54,149 nt of DNA from Oligoflexales bacterium. Lineage in GTDB: Bacteria; Bdellovibrionota_B; Oligoflexia; Oligoflexales; Bog-1112. Positions 20,262 through 30,583 of the stretch are shown piece after piece. Positions within the stretch are counted from its first letter, which is position 1; each line of letters begins with the position of its first letter. The stretch spans positions 1-54,149 of the forward strand of contig JBGCEP010000078.1 in assembly GCA_045106415.1 (NCBI GenBank), written 5' to 3'. The notes beneath the pieces are model-generated. The model was not told the origin of the DNA. It saw nothing but the letters and a program-made list of their open reading frames with translations, and made no database searches. Both the position numbers and the translations under genes were made by a program.

Positions 20262-21339
20262 GATTTTATATTTAAAGCGTTTTGGGCTTTTTTTTCTTAG
20301 TGCCTTTTTCATTTGTTTTTTAATTTCTAATCTTTATCGCGCCGTACTGTTCCCTGTTGGATTCGGTTTTTTTCTCACGTATTTATTGATGCCGCTTGTT
20401 GAAAAGCTGGAACAAATTCGGCTTCCTCGAATGACGGTAGCTTTATGTGCAATGTCAGTCGCTGTGTTTAGTATGAGTCTCATTTTAACGCGTTTACTGC
20501 CTGTTATTTATTTAGAGCTTTCTCAGATTATTATTCTGGCTCCTTCGGCTTATCATACAGTTATTGAACAATGGATTCCTTCACTGCGAAACTTTGTGAT
20601 TGAGCTGGGGTTTATGGATGCAGCTGGTTTTGACGAGTGGTTTGCGACTTCAGGAGTGCCGGGGCGGATGACAGCGCAACTTGAAGGTGCAGCTGCAACA
20701 GTGTGGCGCGGAGCTCCCAAGATACTAACTTTGGTGATGCATATCATCTTAACGCCTGTTGTTGTCTTTTTTATGCTTCTTCATTATGAGCGTATTCTTA
20801 CGTTTTTTCGTATGGCTGTTCCTGTTGATTTGAAGCCAGGTGTTAGCCGTGTGATGGACGTTGTTCATCGCACTCTACAAGATGTCATTGGAAGCCACAT
20901 GACGATTGCCTCGATTGTTGCTGCTATGTATGTGGTTGGGTTTTCAGTGATTGGATTTAGCTCACCTGTCGCTATTGGCTTGATGGCTGGTGCCTGTCGT
21001 GTCGTACCTTATCTCGATATTTTTGTAGGTGGTGCTCTCTGTCTGTTGGTGATTTTATCGGATTTTTCAGGATGGTGGCAGCTTATAGAGGTTGTTATTG
21101 TGTTTGCTGTTGTGCAATCTATTGACGGAATGTTAGTGACGCCACGTGTTGTTGGAGGCAGATTTGGGCTCCATCCACTCGTTGTTATTGTGAGTGTTCT
21201 GTCATTTGGGAGTGTCTTCGGCTTTTGGGGGGTGTTGATGACGATTCCAACTGTGGCTATCTGTGTTGCGTTGGTTCGTGAGTTTTGGCCTCTCTATAAA
21301 ACATCGTCTCTCTATCGAGGGATCGGTGAGAATAGATGA
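20245..21339 (+). CDS. AI-2E family transporter (PerM-like)
   Basis: Multi-TM; YLLMPLV, VPYL, PRVVG..GLHP, FGFWGVLMTIP. Confidence 0.88.
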   Translation: MQKNHEILYLKRFGLFFLSAFFICFLISNLYRAVLFPVGFGFFLTYLLMPLVEKLEQIRLPRMTVALCAMSVAVFSMSLILTRLLPVIYLELSQIIILAPSAYHTVIEQWIPSLRNFVIELGFMDAAGFDEWFATSGVPGRMTAQLEGAAATVWRGAPKILTLVMHIILTPVVVFFMLLHYERILTFFRMAVPVDLKPGVSRVMDVVHRTLQDVIGSHMTIASIVAAMYVVGFSVIGFSSPVAIGLMAGACRVVPYLDIFVGGALCLLVILSDFSGWWQLIEVVIVFAVVQSIDGMLVTPRVVGGRFGLHPLVVIVSVLSFGSVFGFWGVLMTIPTVAICVALVREFWPLYKTSSLYRGIGENR

Positions 21340-21497
21340 AGTAAACATTTATATATGGTTAGCTTGCGTGAACCTAGTTGCAAACTGTTATGGAACGCGA
21401 TAACCTCAGCCAGAGTTATTACTGCGATTTTTGACCAAAGTCTTCGATCGTGTCGTGATAAAGATGACTGTGGCCTTAATAAAAGTTGGTGAGGGGC

Positions 21498-22271
21498 ATG
21501 TTTCAAAACAACACTCAAAGGCCGCCTGATATTGGTTCTATTCGCCATGTTGCTATCATCATGGATGGCAATGGTCGATGGGCAAAGCTTAGAGGGAAAC
21601 CGAGAGTTTGGGGTCATAAGTGCGGTGTTGAAAGTGTGCGTTCGGTCGTTGAAGGTGCAGGAGAGGCTGGTCTTGATCATCTTACGCTTTTTGCTTTTAG
21701 TGACGAAAACTGGCAGCGACCGGCTATTGAAGTTCAAGCGATCTTGGGGCTGCTCGATACTTATCTATTAAAAGAAGCTGAAAATTTGAGGCGTCATGGT
21801 GTGCGCTTGCAAGTGGTTGGAGATACCTCACGTCTTCCTGAAGCAACTCAAAAGCACCTCGCCCACACGATTGGTGATCTGCAGGGTGGTTCTGGTTTAA
21901 CTCTGAATGTTGCTGTTAGTTACGGAAGCCGTAGTGAAATGACGGATGCATGTCGTCGTATGGCTTTAGATGTTCAAAAAGGGGTGTTAAGCCCTGAACA
22001 AATAACAACTGAGATGATGTCGAAATATCTTTGGACTGCAAATATACCTGATCCAGACTTGCTTATCAGAACAAGTGGTGAGCAAAGGCTTTCGAACTTT
22101 TTGTTGTGGCAATCTGCGTATACAGAATTTTTATTTGTTGAGAAACACTGGCCCGATTTTCGAAAGAGCGATCTGTTTGATGCGTTGCTTGAGTTTCAGA
22201 GAAGAGATAGACGTTTTGGAAAAGTCAAAGAACTCTCCAAGAAAAATACAAGAGCGAGTTTAGAATGTTAA
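21498..22271 (+). CDS. uppS: Undecaprenyl diphosphate synthase
   Basis: HVAIIMDGNGRWA, FAFSDENWQRP, DLLIRTSGEQRLSNFLLWQ, RRFG. Confidence 0.97.
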   Translation: MFQNNTQRPPDIGSIRHVAIIMDGNGRWAKLRGKPRVWGHKCGVESVRSVVEGAGEAGLDHLTLFAFSDENWQRPAIEVQAILGLLDTYLLKEAENLRRHGVRLQVVGDTSRLPEATQKHLAHTIGDLQGGSGLTLNVAVSYGSRSEMTDACRRMALDVQKGVLSPEQITTEMMSKYLWTANIPDPDLLIRTSGEQRLSNFLLWQSAYTEFLFVEKHWPDFRKSDLFDALLEFQRRDRRFGKVKELSKKNTRASLEC

Positions 22272-23077
22272 AAACTCGGATTTGGACTGCGGTTATTTTG
22301 TTGCCGCTTATACTATCGATTTTAATAGCAGGTAGTGCTTTGCAGGCCGGAATCCTTATGGGGGTTGTTGTTGTGTTTGTGAGCTATGAGCTCGGACGTA
22401 TGCTAAGCCTACCTTTGGTCTTACAGACAGATGAATTGTGCGTTGCGACTTGTTTGTTTTCGATTGCTGGTGGATTTGGAGTGTTCGCGCTTGGTGCGAT
22501 TGAACACGGTATTGCATCGTTCTGGCTGCTTTGGGCTGTGTTGATGGCTGTGTGCTGCTTATGGCCTGGTGATGTCAGGCAAAAAGTAGCGCGTATGCTT
22601 ATTACAACCTTTTCAGGAGTTTACTGTGGTGGTGGTTGGTTAGCTATGTGGCATCTGTACATGCTCTACCCCCGTGCTAGTGGTCTGATTTTAATGATGA
22701 CTGTTGTTATTGTGACAGATTCTGCTGCTTACTTTGGTGGTACAAAATGGGGGCGACGAAAATTAGCGCCAACATTATCTCCAGGTAAAAGCTGGGAAGG
22801 TTTCTGGTGTGGTATTGTTGCTAGTGTTGTTGGAGCGGTTCTGTGTAATTTTGCTTACGGCGAGATGTTCGGATCGATGCACTTTATAGCTATGCTTGGT
22901 ATTTGCGGAGCGAGCGCTGGAGTTGTCGGAGATTTGATTGAATCTGCTCTTAAAAGATATGCGGGCGTGAAAGATGCGGGGAACTTACTGCCAGGCCATG
23001 GTGGTTTTTTAGACCGATGTGATGCGGCGATGTTTGCGGCTCCGGTATTTGTAGCGCTTCTACAAAACTTTTCCTGA
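22265..23077 (+). CDS. cdsA: Phosphatidate cytidylyltransferase
   Basis: DSAAYF, SPGKSWEG, GDLIESALKR..VKD.G.LLPGHGGFLDRCD. Confidence 0.95.
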   Translation: MLKTRIWTAVILLPLILSILIAGSALQAGILMGVVVVFVSYELGRMLSLPLVLQTDELCVATCLFSIAGGFGVFALGAIEHGIASFWLLWAVLMAVCCLWPGDVRQKVARMLITTFSGVYCGGGWLAMWHLYMLYPRASGLILMMTVVIVTDSAAYFGGTKWGRRKLAPTLSPGKSWEGFWCGIVASVVGAVLCNFAYGEMFGSMHFIAMLGICGASAGVVGDLIESALKRYAGVKDAGNLLPGHGGFLDRCDAAMFAAPVFVALLQNFS

Positions 23078-23092
23078 AATGAAGAGGTTGGT

Positions 23093-24709
23093 GTGGAGTG
23101 GATGAGTCATCCGGTAGTGGCTATGGCTGTTATGATCGGATTATTGGTAGCGGTGCATGAACTCGGTCACTTTATCGTAGGGCGCTTATGTGGAATTGGT
23201 GTTGAGACTTTTTCCATTGGTTTTGGGCCAGCGATTATAAAATTTAAACATCAATACACAGAATACCGACTTTCATGGCTTCCTTTGGGTGGTTATGTCC
23301 AATTTGCAGGTATGCTTCCAGGTGAGCCAGTACCCAAACACTTTGAGGGAAAGGACATGGCAAGCGCTTCCCCACTTGCTCAAGCAGCAACTCTTATTGC
23401 TGGGCCTTTTGCTAATGTGATCCTTACATTTTCAGTGTTTTGGTTTATGGGATTTCAAGGAGTCGAGCACCGTCCTTCTATTGTAGGCGAGGTTCGTCCT
23501 GGTTCTCCAGCTGATGTTGCAGGCCTGTTTTCTGGGGACCATCTCACAGCTATCGCAGGTCAAAAAGTTCATACTTGGGATGACCTTCAGAAAGCTGTGC
23601 GGGCTCATAAAAAGGGCAGTCTATCTGTTAGTTGGTTACGTGATGATGAGCTTATGCAGGCCGATATTGAACCAGAAATGACACCAGAAGGGTTGAAGTT
23701 ACTGGGGGTTTCTTATGGCTTTCTTCCTGCTGTTGTGACTGTTTTGCCGCAGAGTGTAGCACAGATGTCAGGTCTACAGACAGGTGCTGAGATTCAAGAG
23801 ATTCGTTGGAATGAAGGTTCTCGTGAAGTGACTCGTTGGTCTGATCTTGGGGTTGCTGTTTTTGAAATGTACCAGAAAAAAATTGTAGATTTTCAAGTTT
23901 TTACAAAACAAGGGCAGACATTTCAGCTTCAAGCATCCTTTCCGCAGGCGGTTGAAGAAGGTGTTCGAGGACGAGAGCGACTTCTACAGGTTCTTGGGTT
24001 GCAAGATAGTCAGCTGACGGTGGAAGAAATTGGTCAGCATAAAGAGCTCTTACAGAAAGACGTCTTGTTGGAGCTAGACGGCCACAGGGTTGAAGATTTA
24101 TTTGCTGTGCATAAGTTTTTGAGGAATCAAGAAAAGCAGGATATAGAAGCAAAGGTTCTACGTAAAGGGGAAGAGGTCCTCGTCCGGTTGCACTTAAAGC
24201 CATTGGATATTCAACTTCCTGAGGGTGTGAAAACTCTCTATGTTTTAGATGCCGTCTTTTATGGGGAGCTTCTTGAGCCTACAAAATATACAGAGCAGTA
24301 TCCAGCGTTTGCAGCGTTGGGTTACGCAGGGCAACGAACTTGGCAAACTGGAGTGACTCTGGTAGAGAGTCTCGTGGGTCTTGTCACAGGTCAGGTTCCT
24401 ATGCAGGCGCTAGGAGGGCCGATTTTAATAGCGAAGGTTGCAAGTGATTCTGCTCAAGCAGGACTCCAGGCTTTTTTACTTTCACTTGCTCTTATTAGTA
24501 TGAATTTGGCTGTTTTAAATATGCTACCTATACCTCTATTGGACGGTGGAAAACTGACAGTTGTATGTTTAGAGGTGTTAACAGGTGGCCCTTTGAGTGA
24601 TGAAGTTCAAGAAGGTATTCAAAGAGTGGGTTTTGCTTTGGTTGTCTCTTTGATGGTGTTGGCTTTTTATAATGATGTGAGTCGCTTTTGGGTGGCTTTG
24701 ATTCGCTAG
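23093..24709 (+). CDS. rseP: RIP metalloprotease RseP (M50, multi-PDZ)
   Basis: HELGH, FSIGFG, LPLGGYV, AGPFAN, PDZ-like region, NMLPIPLLDGG. Confidence 0.94.
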   Translation: MEWMSHPVVAMAVMIGLLVAVHELGHFIVGRLCGIGVETFSIGFGPAIIKFKHQYTEYRLSWLPLGGYVQFAGMLPGEPVPKHFEGKDMASASPLAQAATLIAGPFANVILTFSVFWFMGFQGVEHRPSIVGEVRPGSPADVAGLFSGDHLTAIAGQKVHTWDDLQKAVRAHKKGSLSVSWLRDDELMQADIEPEMTPEGLKLLGVSYGFLPAVVTVLPQSVAQMSGLQTGAEIQEIRWNEGSREVTRWSDLGVAVFEMYQKKIVDFQVFTKQGQTFQLQASFPQAVEEGVRGRERLLQVLGLQDSQLTVEEIGQHKELLQKDVLLELDGHRVEDLFAVHKFLRNQEKQDIEAKVLRKGEEVLVRLHLKPLDIQLPEGVKTLYVLDAVFYGELLEPTKYTEQYPAFAALGYAGQRTWQTGVTLVESLVGLVTGQVPMQALGGPILIAKVASDSAQAGLQAFLLSLALISMNLAVLNMLPIPLLDGGKLTVVCLEVLTGGPLSDEVQEGIQRVGFALVVSLMVLAFYNDVSRFWVALIR

Positions 24710-25330
24710 GTGAAGAAATTGGATCTTTTTGTTGATACAACCCTTTATGGGTACGGAATTGCTGGTGTGAAAAAAGGTGAGGTAGATCCTTGTTTTTTAG
24801 AGATTGACGTTGAAAAACGTGGATCTGGTGTTGGTGGCCAGCTGCAAAAAATTTTAAATGATCACGGTATTGTGTGGCGCGATGTTGAGCATATTTATAT
24901 TTCATCAGGCCCAGGTTCTTTTACAGGTATTAAAGTAGGGTTGTCTTGGGCGTATGGAGCGCAAAAAGGATGTGAGCATAAGCTGAAGCTTGCTCCGTAT
25001 TCTGGGCTGCAGATGGTGACTCAACAGAGCGCTGCTGATCAGTTGTTCATTCTTCCTTCCACTCGTTCGAGAGGTTTTGCAGCTCAGCAAGGCGTAGAGC
25101 CAAAGCCTATTGATTGTGAAACGTTTGAAGCAACGGGGCAAAAAATATCTATTATTGGGCAATGGCCTGAGTTTGAAGAGATGCACCCAGAGGCTATAGT
25201 TTTAGATAGGGAGACTGTTTTGTCTCAAAGCTTGAAAGCGGCAATTCAAAGCCGTGCAAGGATTTCAGTTGAGTCTAACCCTCAGGCGCGATACATGCGA
25301 CGATCTACTGCAGAGGAGAATTTAAAATGA
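24710..25330 (+). CDS. tsaB: t6A tRNA modification protein TsaB
   Basis: VDTT, GPGSFTGIKVG, C-terminal P.YMR.S.AE. Confidence 0.85.
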   Translation: MKKLDLFVDTTLYGYGIAGVKKGEVDPCFLEIDVEKRGSGVGGQLQKILNDHGIVWRDVEHIYISSGPGSFTGIKVGLSWAYGAQKGCEHKLKLAPYSGLQMVTQQSAADQLFILPSTRSRGFAAQQGVEPKPIDCETFEATGQKISIIGQWPEFEEMHPEAIVLDRETVLSQSLKAAIQSRARISVESNPQARYMRRSTAEENLK

Positions 25331-26184
25331 TGACAAAAAGAGTGGGCGGTGCGGTTTATATCCTTCCTAACCTTCTAACGACGGCAAATTTATTTTTTGG
25401 TTATTACTCAATTATCAAAGCTATCTCAGGAGACTTCGTTTGGGCCTCAGCCGCCATTTTTCTTGCTGCTGTTTTTGATATTCTAGATGGACGTGTGGCT
25501 CGACTAACACAAGGGACAAGTGAGTTTGGTGTTCAGTATGATTCGCTGTGTGATGTGATCTCCTTTGGTTTTGGTCCAGCTATTTTAATGCACCAGTATT
25601 CTTTGCAAAACATGGGAAGAATGGGGTGGGTAATCTGTTTTTTGTATTTAGCGGGTGGTGCCTTACGATTGGCTCGCTTTAATGTGCAAAGCTCAATTGG
25701 GAAAGCGAATGGCGATTTTACTGGTTTGCCGATTCCAATGGCAGCGTTGATCCCAGCAAGTTTTGTTGCGGCAATGGAAGAGCTTCGTCAGACTTCAGCT
25801 GGTGAAATTCCTCAGCATGTCCTAGACGCTCTTTTGAACCCAAATTTTATCCATTGGTTTTTAGTGGCAATGGGTGTTGCATTGCCGTGTTTGATGGTGA
25901 GTAATATTTCTTACCGTTCTCATAAAACGTTAAGGATTTCAGGGCTTGGTGCGTTTCGTTTGCTTGTGAGTATGGTGGCTTTATTAGGTCTTATTGCGTA
26001 CCAACCTGCTCTAGTTGGGTTTGTTTTACTTTTTTCTTATGGTTTAAGTGGTGTTGGAGAATGGGCTGTGGGTTGGAGAAAAGCAGCTGAAGAAGAGGAC
26101 ATCTTTCAATCACTCGAGGGTGGCGTCCGTATGGAGCCTGCTGAGTTATATCCAGACCCTCGTAATCAAGATGAACCTGAATAG
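25327..26184 (+). CDS. pssA: CDP-diacylglycerol--serine O-phosphatidyltransferase
   Basis: LPNLLT, DILDGRVAR..SEFGVQYDSLCD, LRLARFN, FTGLPIP. Confidence 0.93.
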   Translation: MMTKRVGGAVYILPNLLTTANLFFGYYSIIKAISGDFVWASAAIFLAAVFDILDGRVARLTQGTSEFGVQYDSLCDVISFGFGPAILMHQYSLQNMGRMGWVICFLYLAGGALRLARFNVQSSIGKANGDFTGLPIPMAALIPASFVAAMEELRQTSAGEIPQHVLDALLNPNFIHWFLVAMGVALPCLMVSNISYRSHKTLRISGLGAFRLLVSMVALLGLIAYQPALVGFVLLFSYGLSGVGEWAVGWRKAAEEEDIFQSLEGGVRMEPAELYPDPRNQDEPE

Positions 26185-26202
26185 TCTGAAGTCAGATTCG
26201 AG

Positions 26203-26228
26203 AGCCCTGATGTGAGGGCTTTCTTTTT
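26203..26228 (+). terminator. Intrinsic terminator after pssA
   Basis: AGCCCT-gatgtg-AGGGCT followed by TTCTTTTT. Confidence 0.65.
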
Positions 26229-26239
26229 ATGAAAAGAAA

Positions 26240-27241
26240 ATGATGACAATAAAAATAGCTATAGTTGGGGCAACAGGAGCTGTCGGGCGCCAAATGTTGT
26301 GTGAGCTTGAGCAGTTAGCTGTTTCTTTAGGCCGTAAAATTGAACTGGGGCTCTATGCTTCTGCAAGGTCTGTTGGGCAGTCTTTTTGTTTTCAAGAAAA
26401 ATCCCTTTTGGTTCGTGATTTGCAAAATGCAGATCAAGATGCTCCTTGGGATTATGTCTTGATGAGCGCTGGTAGTGAAGTTGCTATGAAAACGGCTTCT
26501 TTATTTTGCGATAAGGGCGCAATTGTTATTGATAACAGTAGAGCTTTTAGAGATACAGAAAAATTGATTGTGCCTGAGGTGAATGCTCAAAATCTCGCAA
26601 ATGTGGAGCCAGGGGATATCATTGCAAACCCGAATTGTTCAACGATTCAGCTTGTTGTGTGTCTTGCTCCTTTACAGCGCTTGTTTGGAATTAAATCTGT
26701 AAAGGTCGCAACCTACCAGGCTGTATCTGGAGCTGGAGAAAAAGGTCAAAAAGCCTTAAAGCAAGAGCTTGCAGGTGGGGATTTAAATTCTTGTTTCCCA
26801 GACCGGATTGCAGGAAATTTGATTCCTTTTATTGGAGGCATCGATGACGAAGGCCACTGCGAAGAAGAAATTAAAATGGTGCAAGAAACGCGTAAAATAT
26901 TGGATGTCGAGCATCTGGATGTTGAAGTTATGACTGTGCGTGTCCCTGTAGAAAATAGCCATTCTGAAGCTGTTTTTATAGAGTTAGAAAAAGAGGTGAC
27001 GCAAAGTGAGGTTTTGGCTGCGTTTCAAGCACAAGCTGGGTTGCGAGTTTGTGAAGAGATGATGCCTGCACCTTTGAATGTGTCGGGACGCGCTGATGTT
27101 TCTATAGCTCGAGTGAGATTGCCTTATCATCAAGTGAGGTCACGTTCTGTTCAGTTTTGGAATGTTGCTGATAATCTACGAAAAGGTGCTGCGACAAATG
27201 CAGTGCAAATTTTAAATGAGTTGCTTCAGTATAGAAAGTGA
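26240..27241 (+). CDS. asd: Aspartate-semialdehyde dehydrogenase
   Basis: GATGAVG, IDNS, ANPNCSTIQ, TYQAVSGAG, RVPV..SHSE, DNLRKGAATNAVQI. Confidence 0.96.
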   Translation: MMTIKIAIVGATGAVGRQMLCELEQLAVSLGRKIELGLYASARSVGQSFCFQEKSLLVRDLQNADQDAPWDYVLMSAGSEVAMKTASLFCDKGAIVIDNSRAFRDTEKLIVPEVNAQNLANVEPGDIIANPNCSTIQLVVCLAPLQRLFGIKSVKVATYQAVSGAGEKGQKALKQELAGGDLNSCFPDRIAGNLIPFIGGIDDEGHCEEEIKMVQETRKILDVEHLDVEVMTVRVPVENSHSEAVFIELEKEVTQSEVLAAFQAQAGLRVCEEMMPAPLNVSGRADVSIARVRLPYHQVRSRSVQFWNVADNLRKGAATNAVQILNELLQYRK

Positions 27242-27242
27242 G

Positions 27243-28034
27243 ATGAGAACTATGAAACTATTGCGATCTTTGCTCTGTGTTTTATGTGTGTACTCGCACA
27301 CGGTTTTTGCGGTTATCCGATTTGAAAAATCTGATCAAACGGTCCTTGAGTCTGAAAGATCACAACCTAAAATTCAGGGTGCACGAACAAGTTTTTCTGC
27401 ACTGAGACCTCAGCTTCAAGCGATGAAATGTTGGAATAAACTTTACCCTAAAACTGTAACAGGTGCGCAAATTCAAAGCGATTGGTTATTTACTCCGTGG
27501 ACGTCGTATGGCTTTAGCATGGGTTATAACAGTACACGAGGTCGGACAGCGCAATGGGCTCAGTCAGGTGCGCAGAATCGTGAAATCACTGAAGCATCAT
27601 GTGATGATCTTGAATTAACGGATGAGGAAAGTCAGTTTGTATTTCTACCGCTAAGTCTTCATGTGGGAGCTCGTTTTTCACCCTTTGAACAAAGGTTTGT
27701 TGGTGTTTCAGCGTGGCTGGGTTACGAAGAGGTTTATTATCAAGAAGTTCGCTCTCCTTTAGAAGATGAAAGTGAAGGAACTCCATCAATTAATACAGGC
27801 TGGAGTGGAGGCATGAAACTAGGAATGTCGGTTGATTTTTTGATTAATTTCTTAGACCAAAAATCACTTTATGCTTTGCATCATACGACAGATTTTCGTC
27901 GTATTTATTTTTCAGTCTTTAGTGAGTTTACAACAGATCTTGGGCAAGAGAGGCTCTTTTTAACAGCTCGTAAAAAATCTGCAGTCAATTTTGCTCGCCA
28001 AACCTATGGTGTGTCATTTGTTTTTGAAACATAG
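27243..28034 (+). CDS. Exported probable outer-membrane beta-barrel protein
   Basis: Signal peptide (VFA), alternating aromatic/Gly strands, C-terminal YGVSFVF. Confidence 0.6.
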   Translation: MRTMKLLRSLLCVLCVYSHTVFAVIRFEKSDQTVLESERSQPKIQGARTSFSALRPQLQAMKCWNKLYPKTVTGAQIQSDWLFTPWTSYGFSMGYNSTRGRTAQWAQSGAQNREITEASCDDLELTDEESQFVFLPLSLHVGARFSPFEQRFVGVSAWLGYEEVYYQEVRSPLEDESEGTPSINTGWSGGMKLGMSVDFLINFLDQKSLYALHHTTDFRRIYFSVFSEFTTDLGQERLFLTARKKSAVNFARQTYGVSFVFET

Positions 28035-28045
28035 GAAGTAGAAAA

Positions 28046-28843
28046 ATGTCTTCTTGGCGTTTAGATTTATCGTATATTGGTCATCACTATTCAGGATGGC
28101 AGAGCCAAAGTGACGGCAATGCGATCCAAGATCATATGCAAAAAGCTCTGAAAATTTTATTACGTGAAGACGTGAAGGTTCAAGGCGCTTCAAGAACAGA
28201 TACTGGGGTACATGCTCAGCAACAGGTTGCTGTGTTTCATACGCATAAGGATGTTGACCCTTATCGTATGCTTCCTAGTCTCAATGCCTTATTACCTGAT
28301 GGTGTCGCTGTTCGAAGTATTCGTGAGACTGAGATTGATTTTCACCCTGCGTTTCGTGCAAAAGCAAAGGTGTATCGCTACCGGTTGTGGAAAGGCCGCT
28401 GTCATGAGGCATTTTATCAACCATGGGTATGGTCTATGCCTTTTGAGGTTGATGTTGAAGGCCTGAAAAAAGAAGCGCAACACTGCGTGGGGCGTTATGA
28501 TTTTACGTCATTTTGCAATAGAGACTCGACGGCAAAGACTCGGACGAGGACGGTCTTAGATATCCATATAGAAGATTGTGGGCCGTTAGTGAACGTGTGG
28601 GTGCTTGGTGAAGGATTTTTGAAGCAAATGGTCCGGATTTTGGTAGGGACTCTTGTCGATCGCTGTCGAGGTCATCTCAAAACTGAGATTCCATATATCT
28701 TAGAGCAAAAGGATCGTCGTCAAGCAGGGGTCACAGCTCCTGCATGTGGGCTATCCTTAGTAGAATTGTACTATGATGATATTGCGACAATCGCAGATGT
28801 GATTGAGAGACAAAAACAAGGCCTCACTATGTCAGTTCCCTGA
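28046..28843 (+). CDS. truA: tRNA pseudouridine(38-40) synthase
   Basis: Y.GWQSQ, ASRTDTGVHA, YRY, DFTSF, GFLKQMVR, TAPACGL. Confidence 0.96.
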   Translation: MSSWRLDLSYIGHHYSGWQSQSDGNAIQDHMQKALKILLREDVKVQGASRTDTGVHAQQQVAVFHTHKDVDPYRMLPSLNALLPDGVAVRSIRETEIDFHPAFRAKAKVYRYRLWKGRCHEAFYQPWVWSMPFEVDVEGLKKEAQHCVGRYDFTSFCNRDSTAKTRTRTVLDIHIEDCGPLVNVWVLGEGFLKQMVRILVGTLVDRCRGHLKTEIPYILEQKDRRQAGVTAPACGLSLVELYYDDIATIADVIERQKQGLTMSVP

Positions 28844-28870
28844 TGTGACGAAGCCTAGCACATAGGGGTT

Positions 28871-30583
28871 GTGATGAAATTACGTAGGTTGTTTTTTTTG
28901 CTTTTATGTGTGGGTTGTCAAACAAACCCTCAATCGCCTAGTGACGCAAGCGAGCTAGACTCTTACTCCTCTCCATCTGAAATTTGGTCTCCAAGACAAA
29001 GAGCATCCGTAGCTGGGTATTCTTATCTTCTTGGTGAATATATGTCTCTTTATGGTCGTAGGGGAGCGGACCAGTTCTTACAGCGGGCGTATGATCTTGA
29101 GCCAAATGCGTTTTTAGGGCGTAAAGTTTTATTGGCAAGAGCGAGAGTACAGCCCACGGTGGACGTGCTGGCAAGTGCACGCAGGATGATCCTACTGTAT
29201 CCAAAAGACGCTGAATTAAGAATGATTTATGCTCGCCTTTTGTCATTGGTTAAAGATTGGGAAGAGGCTGAAAAACAAGGTCAAGAAGCAATGAGACTGC
29301 AGCCAGCGCTTTTGAGTCGAGCCCTGATGATTGAACTTTATGTGAAACAGAAAAAATATCAGTCTGCACTAAAAATTGCACGTAAGATCATTCAAACAGA
29401 GCCTAAGGAAAAGTCTGGGTGGCTTGTGTTGTCTCGTCTTTATTTTCTTACGGAGAATCCGAGCCGTGCGCTTAGAGCCACAACTCTAGGGCTGAAACAT
29501 CACCCTGACTCGTTAAAGCTTTCTTTAATGAAAGCTTGGTCCTTAGAAAAAACAGAAAAGTCTTTGCAGGCAGCCAAATTATTTGAGGCACTTTTTAAAA
29601 ATCATGCTGATGAACATCTTGTACCCACTCTGCTGGCTCTTTATAAAGATATTGGTAGTTTAGATGATGCTTTGGATGTTTTGACGAGGCTTTCTAAGAA
29701 ATTTAAGGGTCGCTACCCAGAAGTTGACCTTCAGAGAGTTTTTGTTTTTTGGGAGCTTAAAAACTATAAAAAAGCAGCCCAAACCTTGGATGAAATTTTA
29801 GCAAGAAAAAATCACGGCAGCCGTCTTCTTTATTTAGCTGCTTTAGGCCATGAAAAAATTGGTGATTTTCAGCAAGCTTTGATTCTTTTTGAAAAAATAG
29901 AAAAAGGGTCACGATTTTTTCCACATGGCCTTTATCGATCAGCCCTTCTTTATAAACAGAGAAAAAATTATGTGAAAGCTCTTCAGAAACTACAACAATT
30001 AAATCAAAGCTCTAGCGCACACTGGCAAGGTTTTGGTTTAGCTGCATCAATTTATGCTGAACAAGAACAATTGGATCAAGCCTTTGAAGTGATTGCCCAA
30101 GGTCTTCTGAAATTTCCTAAAAGCACTTCTCTCGCATTTCAGAAAGGTGTTTGGCAAGAACAAATGGGAGACGTTGAAGACTGCATTGAAACAATGGAAA
30201 ACATTATTGAATCTGAGCCGATGTATGCTCCTGCGTTGAATTATATTGGCTATTTATATGCAGAAAGAGGAGAGAATCTTGATAAAGCAGAGAGATATAT
30301 TCGTAGAGCTCTTGTTGTGCGGCCTATGGATGGTTATTACCTTGATTCTTTAGGCTGGGTTTTTTATCAACGGGAGCAATTCGTAGAAGCAGAAAAACTT
30401 TTTAGAAAAGCGTTAGAATATGAACCTGAGGAAGGTGTCATCATGGAGCATTTGGCTGACACATTACTTGCTCAGAAAAAAAGAACCTTAGCGAAAAAGT
30501 GGTATGAAAAATCATTAAAAGGAACCCTTGATGCATCTTCTCGTGAAAGAATTCAAGAAAAAATTTCTGATCTGCGTGATTAG
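28871..30583 (+). CDS. TPR-repeat lipoprotein
   Basis: Lipobox CVGC; many TPR-like repeats; ALNYIGYLYAE..LDKA..DSLGWV..EHLAD. Confidence 0.88.
   Translation: MMKLRRLFFLLLCVGCQTNPQSPSDASELDSYSSPSEIWSPRQRASVAGYSYLLGEYMSLYGRRGADQFLQRAYDLEPNAFLGRKVLLARARVQPTVDVLASARRMILLYPKDAELRMIYARLLSLVKDWEEAEKQGQEAMRLQPALLSRALMIELYVKQKKYQSALKIARKIIQTEPKEKSGWLVLSRLYFLTENPSRALRATTLGLKHHPDSLKLSLMKAWSLEKTEKSLQAAKLFEALFKNHADEHLVPTLLALYKDIGSLDDALDVLTRLSKKFKGRYPEVDLQRVFVFWELKNYKKAAQTLDEILARKNHGSRLLYLAALGHEKIGDFQQALILFEKIEKGSRFFPHGLYRSALLYKQRKNYVKALQKLQQLNQSSSAHWQGFGLAASIYAEQEQLDQAFEVIAQGLLKFPKSTSLAFQKGVWQEQMGDVEDCIETMENIIESEPMYAPALNYIGYLYAERGENLDKAERYIRRALVVRPMDGYYLDSLGWVFYQREQFVEAEKLFRKALEYEPEEGVIMEHLADTLLAQKKRTLAKKWYEKSLKGTLDASSRERIQEKISDLRD

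Noticed and set aside
21312..21737. 141-aa antisense ORF, and the many other 60-125 aa ORFs nested in core genes
   Set aside because: Shadow ORFs opposite or within well-supported genes, without RBS or motifs.
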